Assembly: GCA_038133925.1 (NCBI GenBank)
Contig: JAYPUF010000001.1
Coordinates: 16,201 to 80,200 of the forward strand
Length of the DNA: 64,000 nucleotides
DNA from: Marivivens sp.
GTDB lineage: Bacteria > Pseudomonadota > Alphaproteobacteria > Rhodobacterales > Rhodobacteraceae
Direction: 5' to 3'
In this document: piece after piece, positions 28,579 to 37,643 of the stretch
Position numbering within the stretch: position 1 is the first letter of the stretch
How the letters are laid out: each line of letters begins with the position of its first letter
Translations under genes and position numbers: made by a program
Notes under the pieces: generated by a model
The model's input: the letters and a program-made list of their open reading frames with translations, nothing else
Database searches by the model: none
What the model was told of the DNA's origin: nothing

Positions 28579-29860
28579 AGGGGTCGCTGAGACATCCCTT
28601 CAAGGGCTTCTTTATCTATTTGAGTTCTGGGCGCTGCCGCATCAAATTCCGCCCGAAGGCGACTGGTCCACGTGGGTCATCCTTGGCGGGCGCGGTGCTG
28701 GTAAAACGCGAGCAGGGGCCGAATGGGTGCGCTCGATGGTGGAAGGTCCGCGCCCCCGTGATGCTGGGCGTGCCTCGCGACTTGCTCTGGTGGGCGAGAC
28801 GCACGAGCAAGTGCGCGAGGTGATGATCTTTGGTGACAGTGGGATCATGGCCTGTTCGCCTCCTGATAGGCGGCCTGAATGGATCGCAGGGCGGCGGACG
28901 CTTGTTTGGCCCAACGGGTCAACCGCGCTGGCGGTGTCGGCGCATGATCCCGAAGTGCTGCGCGGACCTCAGTTCGATGGGGCTTGGGTGGACGAGCTCG
29001 CCAAATGGAAAAAGGGGCAAGAGGCGTGGGATATGCTGCAGTTTTGCCTCCGCCTTGGCGAACACCCTCGGGCATGTGTGACCACGACGCCGCGCAACGT
29101 TCAGGTTTTGCGTGATCTTTTGGATCGCAAAAGCACCGTTGTGACCCATGCGCCAACTTCGGCGAACCGCGCCAACCTTGCAGCGAGTTTCCTTGAGGAG
29201 GTCGAGGCGCGCTTTGGCGGCACGCACTTGGGTCGTCAGGAGCTGGACGGCGTTCTCATGTCCGAGGTTGAAGGCGCGCTTTGGCCGTCGGTAACGCTTG
29301 CACGTGCGCAGGCGGCAGAAGTTCCACCTCTTGATCGCATTGTGGTGGCCGTCGATCCGCCTGTGACAGGCAAAGCCACATCTGATGACTGTGGGATCGT
29401 GGTCGTGGGGGCCATCACAGAAGGGCCGCCTCAGGACTGGCGGGCCTATGTGCTTGAAGATGCGACGGTCTCGGCGGCCTCGCCTCAGGAATGGGCCTCG
29501 GCCGCAATCCGAGCGATGGAAAGGCATGGCGGGGATCGGCTTGTGGCAGAAGTCAATCAGGGCGGCGCTTTGGTCGAAAGCGTGGTACGCCAAATTGATC
29601 CGCTCGTCCCTTACAAGGGAGTCAGAGCGACACGAGGTAAGGTCGCCCGAGCAGAGCCTGTGGCGCAACTATACGAGCAGGGACGCGTTTTCCACGCTCG
29701 GGGGCTTGTGGACCTTGAGGAGCAGATGAGCCTGATGACGACGCGCGGGTTTCAGGGCGCAAAGTCGCCCGACCGTGTGGATGCGCTTGTCTGGGCTTTG
29801 ACCGAGCTCTTGGTTGAGCCTGCGAGCCATTGGCGCAGACCGCAGGTCCGGCTCCTCTAG
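28502..29860 (+). CDS. GTA g2, large terminase
   Basis: Walker A GGRGAGKT, Walker B AWVDE, nuclease motifs VAVDPP and SPDRVDA. Start uncertain: TTG 28502 follows GAAGGTGA; alternatives are 28475, 28490 and 28559. Confidence 0.93.
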   Translation: MTRSGAKSGANWISSEPPEMQKGFLEGVAETSLQGLLYLFEFWALPHQIPPEGDWSTWVILGGRGAGKTRAGAEWVRSMVEGPRPRDAGRASRLALVGETHEQVREVMIFGDSGIMACSPPDRRPEWIAGRRTLVWPNGSTALAVSAHDPEVLRGPQFDGAWVDELAKWKKGQEAWDMLQFCLRLGEHPRACVTTTPRNVQVLRDLLDRKSTVVTHAPTSANRANLAASFLEEVEARFGGTHLGRQELDGVLMSEVEGALWPSVTLARAQAAEVPPLDRIVVAVDPPVTGKATSDDCGIVVVGAITEGPPQDWRAYVLEDATVSAASPQEWASAAIRAMERHGGDRLVAEVNQGGALVESVVRQIDPLVPYKGVRATRGKVARAEPVAQLYEQGRVFHARGLVDLEEQMSLMTTRGFQGAKSPDRVDALVWALTELLVEPASHWRRPQVRLL

Positions 29861-29864
29861 TGGG

Positions 29865-29903
29865 GTGTTGCGGGGGCACCGTGCGGTGCCCTTAGCACTT
29901 CTT
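29865..29903 (+). terminator. Hairpin/terminator between GTA terminase and portal
   Basis: GGGCACC-gtgc-GGTGCCC core, extended by GTGTT/AGCAC, then TTCTT. Confidence 0.55.
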
Positions 29904-29977
29904 CAGACATGACTGTCACATTGGCTTCATCAGATCGGACGAGGGCAGTTGCCTCCGGCAGGGTCAAGGAGACATGA

Positions 29978-31156
29978 ATGTTTGATTTTCTGAAACGGCA
30001 AGCGGAAGAACCCGAAGCCATTGAGGCCAAAGCCTCGGCGGCGGGACGGGTTGTGGCGCTTGCATCCGGTCGCGTGGCATGGAGCCCGCGCGATGTGGTC
30101 TCACTCACTAAACAGGGCTTTTCGGGCAACCCCATTGGTTTCCGCGTGGTCAAGATGATCGCCGAAGCTGCGGCGTCCTTGCCACTGGTCCTGCAAGACC
30201 GTGAGCGCCGCTATGAGACGCATCCTGTGCAAGAGCTGATCGCACGTCCCAGCGCGGCTCAGGGCCGAGCAGCATTCCTAGAGGCGCTTTATGGTCAGCT
30301 TTTGCTCACCGGAAACGCTTATGTAGAAGCTGTTGGTGCGGGTGAGTTGCCGCTTGAACTACATGTGCTGCGCTCTGATCGCATGAGCCTTGTACCTGGC
30401 GAGGATGGCTGGCCCGTGGCCTATGACTACGCTGTTGGCGGGCGCAAGCATCGCTACGCGGTCGGGGGCGGTGCTTCACCCATCTGTCACATCCGAAATT
30501 TTCATCCGCAAGACGACCACTATGGTCTCTCAGCGCTTCAGGCGGCGGCCACAGCGATTGATGTTCATAACTCGGCCTCGCGCTGGTCAAAGGCACTTTT
30601 GGATAATGCCGCCCGTCCTAGCGGTGCGATCGTCTATCAGGGCGCGGATGGCGCTTCGACCCTATCGCAGGACCAGTACGACCGTCTCTTGCACGAGATG
30701 GAGACCCAGCACCAAGGTGCACGAAACGCTGGCCGTCCCATGCTGCTTGAGGGCGGTTTGGACTGGAAACCCATGGGGTTCAGCCCTTCGGATATGGAAT
30801 TCCAAAAGACCAAAGAGGCCGCAGCGCGCGAGATCGCGATTGCTTTTGGTGTACCGCCTATGTTGCTCGGCATTCCAGGGGATGCGACCTATGCCAATTA
30901 CCAAGAAGCGAACCGCGCGTTTTATCGTCTGACGGTTTTGCCACTTGCGGCGCGGGTGACTTCGGCGCTTGCCGATTGGCTCTCGGATTTTACCGACGAA
31001 CGTTTGGACCTTCGACCAGACCTAGACCAAATCCCCGCGCTTTCGGGCGAACGTGATGCCCAGTGGCGCCGCGTGGGAGAGGCGTCTTTCCTGACTGATG
31101 CGGAAAAGCGCCGTCTTCTCGGGCTTCCTGCATTGGAGGTCGGCGATGAAGGGTGA
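29978..31156 (+). CDS. GTA g3, HK97-family portal protein
   Basis: NAARPSG, LLEGGLDWK and FGVPPMLLGIPGDATYANYQEA motifs. Confidence 0.95.
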   Translation: MFDFLKRQAEEPEAIEAKASAAGRVVALASGRVAWSPRDVVSLTKQGFSGNPIGFRVVKMIAEAAASLPLVLQDRERRYETHPVQELIARPSAAQGRAAFLEALYGQLLLTGNAYVEAVGAGELPLELHVLRSDRMSLVPGEDGWPVAYDYAVGGRKHRYAVGGGASPICHIRNFHPQDDHYGLSALQAAATAIDVHNSASRWSKALLDNAARPSGAIVYQGADGASTLSQDQYDRLLHEMETQHQGARNAGRPMLLEGGLDWKPMGFSPSDMEFQKTKEAAAREIAIAFGVPPMLLGIPGDATYANYQEANRAFYRLTVLPLAARVTSALADWLSDFTDERLDLRPDLDQIPALSGERDAQWRRVGEASFLTDAEKRRLLGLPALEVGDEG

Positions 31157-31343
31157 GGTCGTGGATATGGAAACCCGCCGCGAGCTGCGCGGTCCGATCA
31201 GTGATTTCTGGCTCGCTCAGGTCGAAATGCGGCTCGACAAGATTGATTATGTGGTTGCGCGGCTTGAGCGACAACTTTGGGCAATTGGCTGTGCTTCTGC
31301 GGCGCTGGTGTTGCTTCAGGCTGCAATTCTTCTAACGAAATAA
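31146..31343 (+). CDS. GTA g3.5-like small protein
   Basis: GGAGG RBS; coiled coil RLDKIDYVVARLERQLW followed by a TM segment; lies between portal and protease. Confidence 0.75.
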   Translation: MKGEVVDMETRRELRGPISDFWLAQVEMRLDKIDYVVARLERQLWAIGCASAALVLLQAAILLTK

Positions 31344-31352
31344 GGGGGCAAG

Positions 31353-31898
31353 ATGACTTTGGAGCATAAATTCCAAAAGCTTGGAGCGGATATCAAGCTG
31401 GTCGACGGACATGTGATCGAAGGCTATGCCTCGAAATTCGGTCTGGTCGATCAGGGCGGCGATGTGGTCGAAAAAGGCGCTTATGCGACCTCGATCAAAC
31501 GACTGATGGCCAAAGGCGAGCACGTCAAAATGCTTTGGCAACACGACCCTGCGCAGCCCATCGGCATCTGGGACGAAGTGGTCGAGGATGCCATTGGGCT
31601 TCGGGTGAAGGGACGTATTCTGACCAACGTTGTGCGAGGACGCGAGGCGATTGCTCTTCTCGAAGCAGGAGCAATTGATGGGCTTTCCATCGGCTATCGC
31701 ACGGTCAAATCCCGCAAGTCTGACAAAGGTCAGCGTATTTTGAGTGAACTTGACCTTTGGGAGGTGTCGCTTGTGACCTTCCCGATGCTGCCGGACGCCC
31801 GAGTGGATGCCAAATCTGATTTCCACAATGACCGTGCGCTTCATGACCTTGCCTCGGTGTTCCGCCAAATGGGCCGCGTGATCGCGGGTCGAAACTAA
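31353..31898 (+). CDS. GTA g4, prohead protease
   Basis: EGYASKFG, MLWQHDP, GLSIGYRT and EVSLVTFPM motifs. Confidence 0.95.
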   Translation: MTLEHKFQKLGADIKLVDGHVIEGYASKFGLVDQGGDVVEKGAYATSIKRLMAKGEHVKMLWQHDPAQPIGIWDEVVEDAIGLRVKGRILTNVVRGREAIALLEAGAIDGLSIGYRTVKSRKSDKGQRILSELDLWEVSLVTFPMLPDARVDAKSDFHNDRALHDLASVFRQMGRVIAGRN

Positions 31899-31926
31899 CC
31901 TTTCTCCAACTTTCAAAGGACGAAAC

Positions 31927-33108
31927 ATGACAACCCTAGACGCAAAGTCCGGGGCCGGAGATCTCTTGTCTCCGACCGAGGATCTGAGTGCTGCTGTGTC
32001 GCAATTTGTAAGCGATTTCAGTGAGTTTACCTCCAAACTTCACCAAAAACTTGAAAAGCAGGATGAGCGTATGAACAAGCTTGATCGTAAGACCCTATTG
32101 GCCGCACGCCCGGCACTTTCTACCGGTGCCACACTTGATGCGCCGCACCAAAAGGCATTCGAAGCCTATGTCCGTAGTGGCGAAGATGACGGCCTGCGTG
32201 ACCTGACGCTTGAGGGCAAGTCGCTCTCGACCTCGGTGGCTGCAGATGGCGGTTATCTTGTTGACCCGCAGACCTCGGAAACAATCAAGAGCGCATTGTC
32301 CAGCTCGGCTTCGATCCGTTCGATTGCCTCGGTGGTTGCGGTGGATTCAACGTCTTATGACGTGCTTGTGGACCACACCGAGATGGGTGCAGGCTGGGCC
32401 TCTGAAACGGGTTCGATGTCGGAAACCGATACGCCGCAGATCGACCGTATCTCTATTGCGCTCCACGAACTCTCGGCCATGCCCAAAGCGTCGCAACGTC
32501 TCTTGGATGATAGCGCCTTTGATATCGAAGGCTGGCTTGCGAGCCGCATCGCGGACAAGTTTGCGCGCTCTGAGGCGGCTGCCTTTGTGTCGGGTGATGG
32601 CAACGACAAGCCGCGCGGTTTCCTCTCGTATCCCAACGTGGATAACGAGATCTGGGAGTGGGGTAATCTCGGGTATGTTGTGACGGGAATTGATGCCACC
32701 GATGTGGACGGCGATGCGATCATTGAACTGGTCTATGCACTTGGTGCGCAATACCGCGCTGGCGCTTGCTTTGTTCTCAATTCCAAGACCGCAGGCGCAG
32801 TTCGCAAGCTTAAGGACGCCGACGGGCGCTTCCTTTGGACCGATGGTCTGGCAGCGGGTGAGCCTGCACGTCTGATGGGATATCCAGTACTCATTGCCGA
32901 GGATATGCCAGACGTTGCCGTCGGTGCGACTCCGATTGCTTTTGGTGATTTCTCCATCGGCTACACCATTGCCGAACGTCCTGACTTGCGTGTTCTTCGT
33001 GACCCGTTTTCGGCAAAGCCTCACGTCCTCTTTTACGCGACCAAGCGCGTGGGCGGTGCAGTGACCGACTTTGACGCGATCAAGCTTCTGAAATTCGGCG
33101 CGGCCTAA
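31927..33108 (+). CDS. GTA g5, major capsid protein
   Basis: DGGYLVDP, ASQRLLDDSAFDIE and RDPFSAKPHVLFYATKRVGG motifs. Confidence 0.96.
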   Translation: MTTLDAKSGAGDLLSPTEDLSAAVSQFVSDFSEFTSKLHQKLEKQDERMNKLDRKTLLAARPALSTGATLDAPHQKAFEAYVRSGEDDGLRDLTLEGKSLSTSVAADGGYLVDPQTSETIKSALSSSASIRSIASVVAVDSTSYDVLVDHTEMGAGWASETGSMSETDTPQIDRISIALHELSAMPKASQRLLDDSAFDIEGWLASRIADKFARSEAAAFVSGDGNDKPRGFLSYPNVDNEIWEWGNLGYVVTGIDATDVDGDAIIELVYALGAQYRAGACFVLNSKTAGAVRKLKDADGRFLWTDGLAAGEPARLMGYPVLIAEDMPDVAVGATPIAFGDFSIGYTIAERPDLRVLRDPFSAKPHVLFYATKRVGGAVTDFDAIKLLKFGAA

Positions 33109-33120
33109 GGGCCACCCGAT

Positions 33121-33194
33121 AGGGCGCGGGGATGGGGTGGTGTCTAGCTGCTTCCTTTCCGTCCGAGCACCTCGCTGTTCCCGCGCTTTCCTTT
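33121..33194 (+). other. Long structured RNA element in the capsid-adaptor (g5-g6) spacer
   Basis: Stems AGGGCGCGGG/CCCGCGCTTT, GATGG/CTGTT and GGTG/CACC close a pyrimidine-rich loop; followed by CCTTT. Confidence 0.6.
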
Positions 33195-33219
33195 GAAGTT
33201 TGAACCAAGTCGGAGTGAA

Positions 33220-33816
33220 ATGATGATGCTCGTCGAAAAGACCACTGTAGAGGCCGCAGCGCTTCCGGTGGCGGAATTTAGAGAACACCTGCGGCTGGGC
33301 TCCGGCTTTTCCGACGATGGTTTGCAGGACGGTATTCTTGAAATTTACCTGCGTGCCGCCATGGCCGCAATCGAAGCCCGCACCCAAAAGGTACTGTTGG
33401 AGCGCGAGCTGGTTTGGACTGTTCGCGATTGGCGCGACGGTGTGGAAGAGGCTCTGCCCGTGGCACCGGTAAGCGCGATCTCTGACGTGACGCGGTTGGC
33501 GCGTGATGGGGCCGTGGTTACACTCACCGCGGGCGATTGGCAGTTCATTCCAGATATGCATCGCCCCTTGCTCGTCGGCAATTTGCCCCAGATCTCGCAG
33601 GGTGCATCGCTTCGGATTACCTTCCTTGCAGGCTATGGCCCGGAATGGAGCGACGTGCCGCCCGATCTAGGGCAGGCGGTTCTGCTCCTTGCCGCGCATT
33701 ATTACGAGTTCCGTCACGACATGGCTGCAAGCGGCGGTGCGATGCCACACGGCGTTCAGGCGTTGATCGAACGCTATCGCACAGTGCGCCTTTTCCTTGG
33801 GCGGGCACGGGCATGA
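33220..33816 (+). CDS. GTA g6, head-tail adaptor
   Basis: LPVAEFREHLRLGSGF and AGYGPEWSDVPPDLGQAVLLLAAHYYE motifs. Confidence 0.9.
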   Translation: MMMLVEKTTVEAAALPVAEFREHLRLGSGFSDDGLQDGILEIYLRAAMAAIEARTQKVLLERELVWTVRDWRDGVEEALPVAPVSAISDVTRLARDGAVVTLTAGDWQFIPDMHRPLLVGNLPQISQGASLRITFLAGYGPEWSDVPPDLGQAVLLLAAHYYEFRHDMAASGGAMPHGVQALIERYRTVRLFLGRARA

Positions 33817-34142
33817 AGGGCGTGCAACTCAATCGCGCCCTTGTCCTTGAGCAGCCAGAGCGTGTCGCGGATGGGGCAGGCGGCTTTGTGACAGTCTGGC
33901 AACCGCTTGGCACCCTTTGGGCCGAGGTCAAGGCTCGCTCTAGCCGCGAAGCAAATGGACCTGCTGGCGCGCTCTCGCGTCTGTCGCTCAAGATTACGGT
34001 GCGCGGCGCTGACTTTAGCAGCCCCAAGCGTCCCAAAGCTGGTCAAAGGCTTCGGGAAGGACAGCGGCTCTTTGCTGTCGATGCTGTAGCCGAAGATGGC
34101 ATGTTCCTTGTTTGTCATGCACATGAGGAGGTGGCCCAATGA
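33813..34142 (+). CDS. GTA g7, head closure/stopper protein
   Basis: ADGAGGF..W..LGTLWAEV motif; ATGA overlap with g6. Confidence 0.88.
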   Translation: MKGVQLNRALVLEQPERVADGAGGFVTVWQPLGTLWAEVKARSSREANGPAGALSRLSLKITVRGADFSSPKRPKAGQRLREGQRLFAVDAVAEDGMFLVCHAHEEVAQ

Positions 34143-34552
34143 GTTACGGCGTTTCTCATGCGCTTCAGGGGGCCGTGTTTCAGGCTCTGGTCGCGGACAC
34201 CGCACTGGGCGCTCTAGTCGGCAATGCGATTTATGACGCGCCTTTGCCGGGCGGGCTTCCGTCGCTCTATGTCGTCATCGGTCCCGAAAAGGCTAAGGAC
34301 GCCTCCGACAAAACGGGGCGCGGCGCAGAGCATGAATTCAGCATCGAAGTGATCTCGGACGCAGCAGGGTTTTCATCGGCCAAAGCAGCCGCTGGCGCGG
34401 TGTCCGACGTCCTAATCGACGCGGAACTTTCGCTTTCGCGCGGGCGGCTTGTCTCGCTTGGATTTGTAAAAGCGGTCGCCGAACGCACGAATGGCGACCT
34501 GCGCCAGATCACTCTCACCTTTCGGGCGCGGGTCGAAGATACCCCCGTTTAA
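34139..34552 (+). CDS. GTA g8, tail terminator (DUF3168)
   Basis: MSYGVSHALQ, DASDKTG and FRARVED motifs; position in the cluster. Confidence 0.88.
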   Translation: MSYGVSHALQGAVFQALVADTALGALVGNAIYDAPLPGGLPSLYVVIGPEKAKDASDKTGRGAEHEFSIEVISDAAGFSSAKAAAGAVSDVLIDAELSLSRGRLVSLGFVKAVAERTNGDLRQITLTFRARVEDTPV

Positions 34553-34579
34553 CCATCAGATAACAATCGGAGAATTCCC

Positions 34580-34996
34580 ATGGGCGCGCAAAGCGGCAAA
34601 GACCTTCTTCTCAAGATCGACATGACTGGCGATGGCCAATTTGAAACCGCTGCGGGGCTTCGCGCCACGCGGCTCAGCTTCAACGCCGAAACAGTCGATG
34701 TGACCTCGCTTGAAAGCACGGGCGGCTGGCGCGAGCTTTTGGGCGGTGCGGGTGTGCGCTCTGCCTCGCTCTCGGGGTCTGGTGTGTTTAAGGACGCCGC
34801 GACCGACGAGCGTGCACGCCAGATTTTCTTTGACGGGATCACACCTGATTTTCAGGTGATCATACCCGAATTTGGAACCATTGAAGGCGCGTTTCAGATA
34901 ACGTCCATCGAATACGCGGGGAGCTATAACGGTGAGGCGACTTACGAGCTTTCGCTTGCCTCCGCGGGTGCGCTTAGCTTCTCGGCGGCGGTCTGA
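34580..34996 (+). CDS. GTA g9, major tail tube protein (TP901-1 family)
   Basis: AQSGKDLLLK, GGWRELL and ITSIEYAG motifs. Confidence 0.93.
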   Translation: MGAQSGKDLLLKIDMTGDGQFETAAGLRATRLSFNAETVDVTSLESTGGWRELLGGAGVRSASLSGSGVFKDAATDERARQIFFDGITPDFQVIIPEFGTIEGAFQITSIEYAGSYNGEATYELSLASAGALSFSAAV

Positions 34997-35310
34997 TGGC
35001 GAACCCTTGGGCAGGCGAAGTGAGCGTAACGCTCGACGGTGTGCCGCATGTTTGCAAGCTCACACTCGGCGCATTGGCCGAGCTTGAGGTCGAATTGGGC
35101 GAGGGCACGCTTGTTTCGCTTGTCGAGCGGTTCGAGGCAGGTGCCTTCTCTGGGCGTGACGTGCTTTCGCTCTTGGTGGCGGGGCTTCGTGGTGGCGGCT
35201 GGTCCGGCACCTCTGCGGACCTTTTGACGACCGAAATCGAAGGGGGCCCCATCGGCGCGGCCAAAGCCGCAGCGCGGCTTCTTGCATTGGCATTCGGAGC
35301 CGAGAACTAG
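34996..35310 (+). CDS. GTA g10, tail assembly chaperone
   Basis: MANPWAGEV and KLTLGALAELE motifs. Confidence 0.9.
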   Translation: MANPWAGEVSVTLDGVPHVCKLTLGALAELEVELGEGTLVSLVERFEAGAFSGRDVLSLLVAGLRGGGWSGTSADLLTTEIEGGPIGAAKAAARLLALAFGAEN

Positions 35311-35313
35311 GCC

Positions 35314-35499
35314 ATGGATTGGATGGCACTCAGGCAGATTGGCCTCTTCCGACTTGGGCTGAAACCGCTGGAATTCTGGGCGCTTACACCAATTGAGCTT
35401 CTTCTGATGTTGGGCGCTGATCCAGGCCAAGGCCCAATGGGCCGGAACCGGTTGACCGAGCTGGAACGGATTTACCCCGATCAAACAAAGGGAAAATAG
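35314..35499 (+). CDS. GTA g10.1, tail assembly chaperone C-terminal-like protein
   Basis: MDW...LGLKP.EFWALTP.EL...YPD motif. Confidence 0.88.
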   Translation: MDWMALRQIGLFRLGLKPLEFWALTPIELLLMLGADPGQGPMGRNRLTELERIYPDQTKGK

Positions 35500-36159
35500 A
35501 TGAGCACGAGAGATGACATCGACGGGCTTGAAGCGCAGGTTTCGGACCTAGGCAAAACGCTTGATAGCGCCACTGGTATGGCCGCGGTCTTTAGCGAGGA
35601 ACTGTCGCGGGTCCAAGGCTCGCTCGGAGAGGTGACGCGCGATCTGGGCAAGCTAGAGCGCGGGTTCTCAAACGGGCTGAAACGCGCTGTGGATGGGCTG
35701 GTCCTTGATGGTCGCTCGCTGGGCGAAGTCCTGAACGGGCTTGGTCAGACGATGGCCAAGACCGCCTATAACGCCGCGATGAAGCCCGTGACGGACCATT
35801 TTGGCGGGCTTTTGGCCTCTGGGCTAAACGCTGCGGTTTCGGGCCTTATGCCGTTTGCGAATGGAGGCACCTTTGCACAGGGCCGTGTCATGCCCTTTGC
35901 CAAAGGTGGCGTGGTATCTAGCCCTACGGCTTTTCCCATGCGCGGAGCCACGGGCCTCATGGGCGAAGCGGGGCCAGAGGCGATCATGCCGCTCAGGCGC
36001 GGCCCAGATGGGAGCCTTGGCGTGGCCGCACAAACAAGTCCCGCGCCTCATATCACGATCAACATCGCGACCCCCGACATCGCAGGGTTCCAGCGATCAA
36101 AGTCCCAGATTGCCGCGCAAATGTCGCGCGCGCTCGGGCAGGGCAACAAGAACCGCTAG
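35500..36159 (+). CDS. GTA g11, tape measure protein
   Basis: PFAKGGVV, GLMGEAGPEAIMPL and FQRSKSQIAAQ motifs; short (219 aa), as in GTAs. Confidence 0.92.
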   Translation: MSTRDDIDGLEAQVSDLGKTLDSATGMAAVFSEELSRVQGSLGEVTRDLGKLERGFSNGLKRAVDGLVLDGRSLGEVLNGLGQTMAKTAYNAAMKPVTDHFGGLLASGLNAAVSGLMPFANGGTFAQGRVMPFAKGGVVSSPTAFPMRGATGLMGEAGPEAIMPLRRGPDGSLGVAAQTSPAPHITINIATPDIAGFQRSKSQIAAQMSRALGQGNKNR

Positions 36160-36168
36160 GAGTAGGTT

Positions 36169-36801
36169 ATGGCTTTTCACGATATACGCTTTCCCGTTGC
36201 CTTGAGCTTTGGTTCGCTTGGCGGGCCTGAGCGGCGCACGGATGTTGTCACGCTCGCCAATGGGTTCGAGGAGCGCAACACTCCATGGGAGCACTCGCGG
36301 CGCCGCTATGATGCAGGCGTGGGGTTGCGATCCTTAGAGGACGTCGAGTCCGTTGTCGCCTTTTTTGAGGCACGGCGCGGTCGGCTTCATGGGTTTCGTT
36401 GGAAAGACTGGTCCGACTACCGTTCCGCTCCAACCGGTCATGGGATCGAGGCGACCGACCAAGAGATCGGCCACGGTGACGATGCCAAGACAGTGTTTCA
36501 ACTCTACAAGACATATCGCTCGGGCGACGAAGTTTATGCGCGCCCCATTCGTAAACCCGTCAAAGGCAGTGTTCTTGTTGCTGTGAGTGGGACTGAAATC
36601 GTCGAAGGTGCCGAGTATTCTGTCGATCATACCACTGGAGAGATCACGATCTTTAACGCCCCTGATCATGGCGCGATTGTAACTGCAGGCTTTGAGTTCG
36701 ATGTTCCGGTGCGTTTTGACACCGACCTTATACAGGTTTCGGTCGCAAGCTTTAATGCGGGGCAAATTCCAGACATCCCCGTTATCGAGGTGCGCACATG
36801 A
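36169..36801 (+). CDS. GTA g12, distal tail protein (DUF2460)
   Basis: MAFHDIRFP, GGPERRT, FFEARRG and FDVPVRFDTD motifs. Confidence 0.93.
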   Translation: MAFHDIRFPVALSFGSLGGPERRTDVVTLANGFEERNTPWEHSRRRYDAGVGLRSLEDVESVVAFFEARRGRLHGFRWKDWSDYRSAPTGHGIEATDQEIGHGDDAKTVFQLYKTYRSGDEVYARPIRKPVKGSVLVAVSGTEIVEGAEYSVDHTTGEITIFNAPDHGAIVTAGFEFDVPVRFDTDLIQVSVASFNAGQIPDIPVIEVRT

Positions 36802-37643
36802 GCGAGGTCACAACGCTTTGCCGCGCATGGCAAATTTTGCGCAAGGATGGCGTAGTCTTGGGGTTTACGGACCACGATCTCCCCCTTTCTTTTGATGGGG
36901 TAACGTATAGATCCGAAAGTGGACTCAGCGCCTCTGCCATTCAGTCTGCAACGGGACTTTCGGTCGATAATTCTGAGGCCGAAGGCGTCTTGAGCGATCC
37001 CGATCTTGGGGTGGATGTCGTGGACGCAGGGCTTCTCGATGGGGCCGAAGTTGTGTGTTTCCTCGTGAATTGGAAGTCGCCGAGCGAACGCAGGATCATT
37101 TTTCGCGGGGAAATCGGTGATCTTACGCTCAAGGGCCACCGCTTTACCGCAGAACTGCGTAGCATGAGCGAAAAGCTCAACGTGCCGTCTGGACGTCTCT
37201 ATCACAAGGAATGTGCAGCTGTGCTTGGCGACAAGAGCTGCAAACTCGATCTTAGTCGCCCAGAGTTCTCTTTTGAAACAGAGGTCTTGGCGGTTCAGTC
37301 CGGCGGCGCAATGCGTTTTGAGGGACTTGGTGGTTATGGCCTTGGCTGGTTCGCGCATGGTCTTATGGAAGTTTTGGACGGCCAGAGAAAAGGTGCGCGC
37401 TCTGTCATCAAAGAGGATCACGGGATTGGCGCAGAGCGGCTTATTTCTCCTTGGCATGACTTGGGACTTAAAGCCGGCGACAAGGTGCGACTGACCGCTG
37501 GATGTGATCGGACGGGCGGGACGTGCCGGAGCAAGTTTTCAAACTTTCTCAACTTTCGTGGGTTTCCGGACATCCCCGGTGATGATTGGCTTATGCAAAC
37601 GCCGCAGAGGAGCCGTTTTGTCGACGGTGGAAGTCGGCGTTGA
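36798..37643 (+). CDS. GTA g13, baseplate hub (DUF2163)
   Basis: GFTDHD, C.A.LGD..C and AGCD....C..KF.N..NFRGFP motifs. Confidence 0.92.
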   Translation: MSEVTTLCRAWQILRKDGVVLGFTDHDLPLSFDGVTYRSESGLSASAIQSATGLSVDNSEAEGVLSDPDLGVDVVDAGLLDGAEVVCFLVNWKSPSERRIIFRGEIGDLTLKGHRFTAELRSMSEKLNVPSGRLYHKECAAVLGDKSCKLDLSRPEFSFETEVLAVQSGGAMRFEGLGGYGLGWFAHGLMEVLDGQRKGARSVIKEDHGIGAERLISPWHDLGLKAGDKVRLTAGCDRTGGTCRSKFSNFLNFRGFPDIPGDDWLMQTPQRSRFVDGGSRR

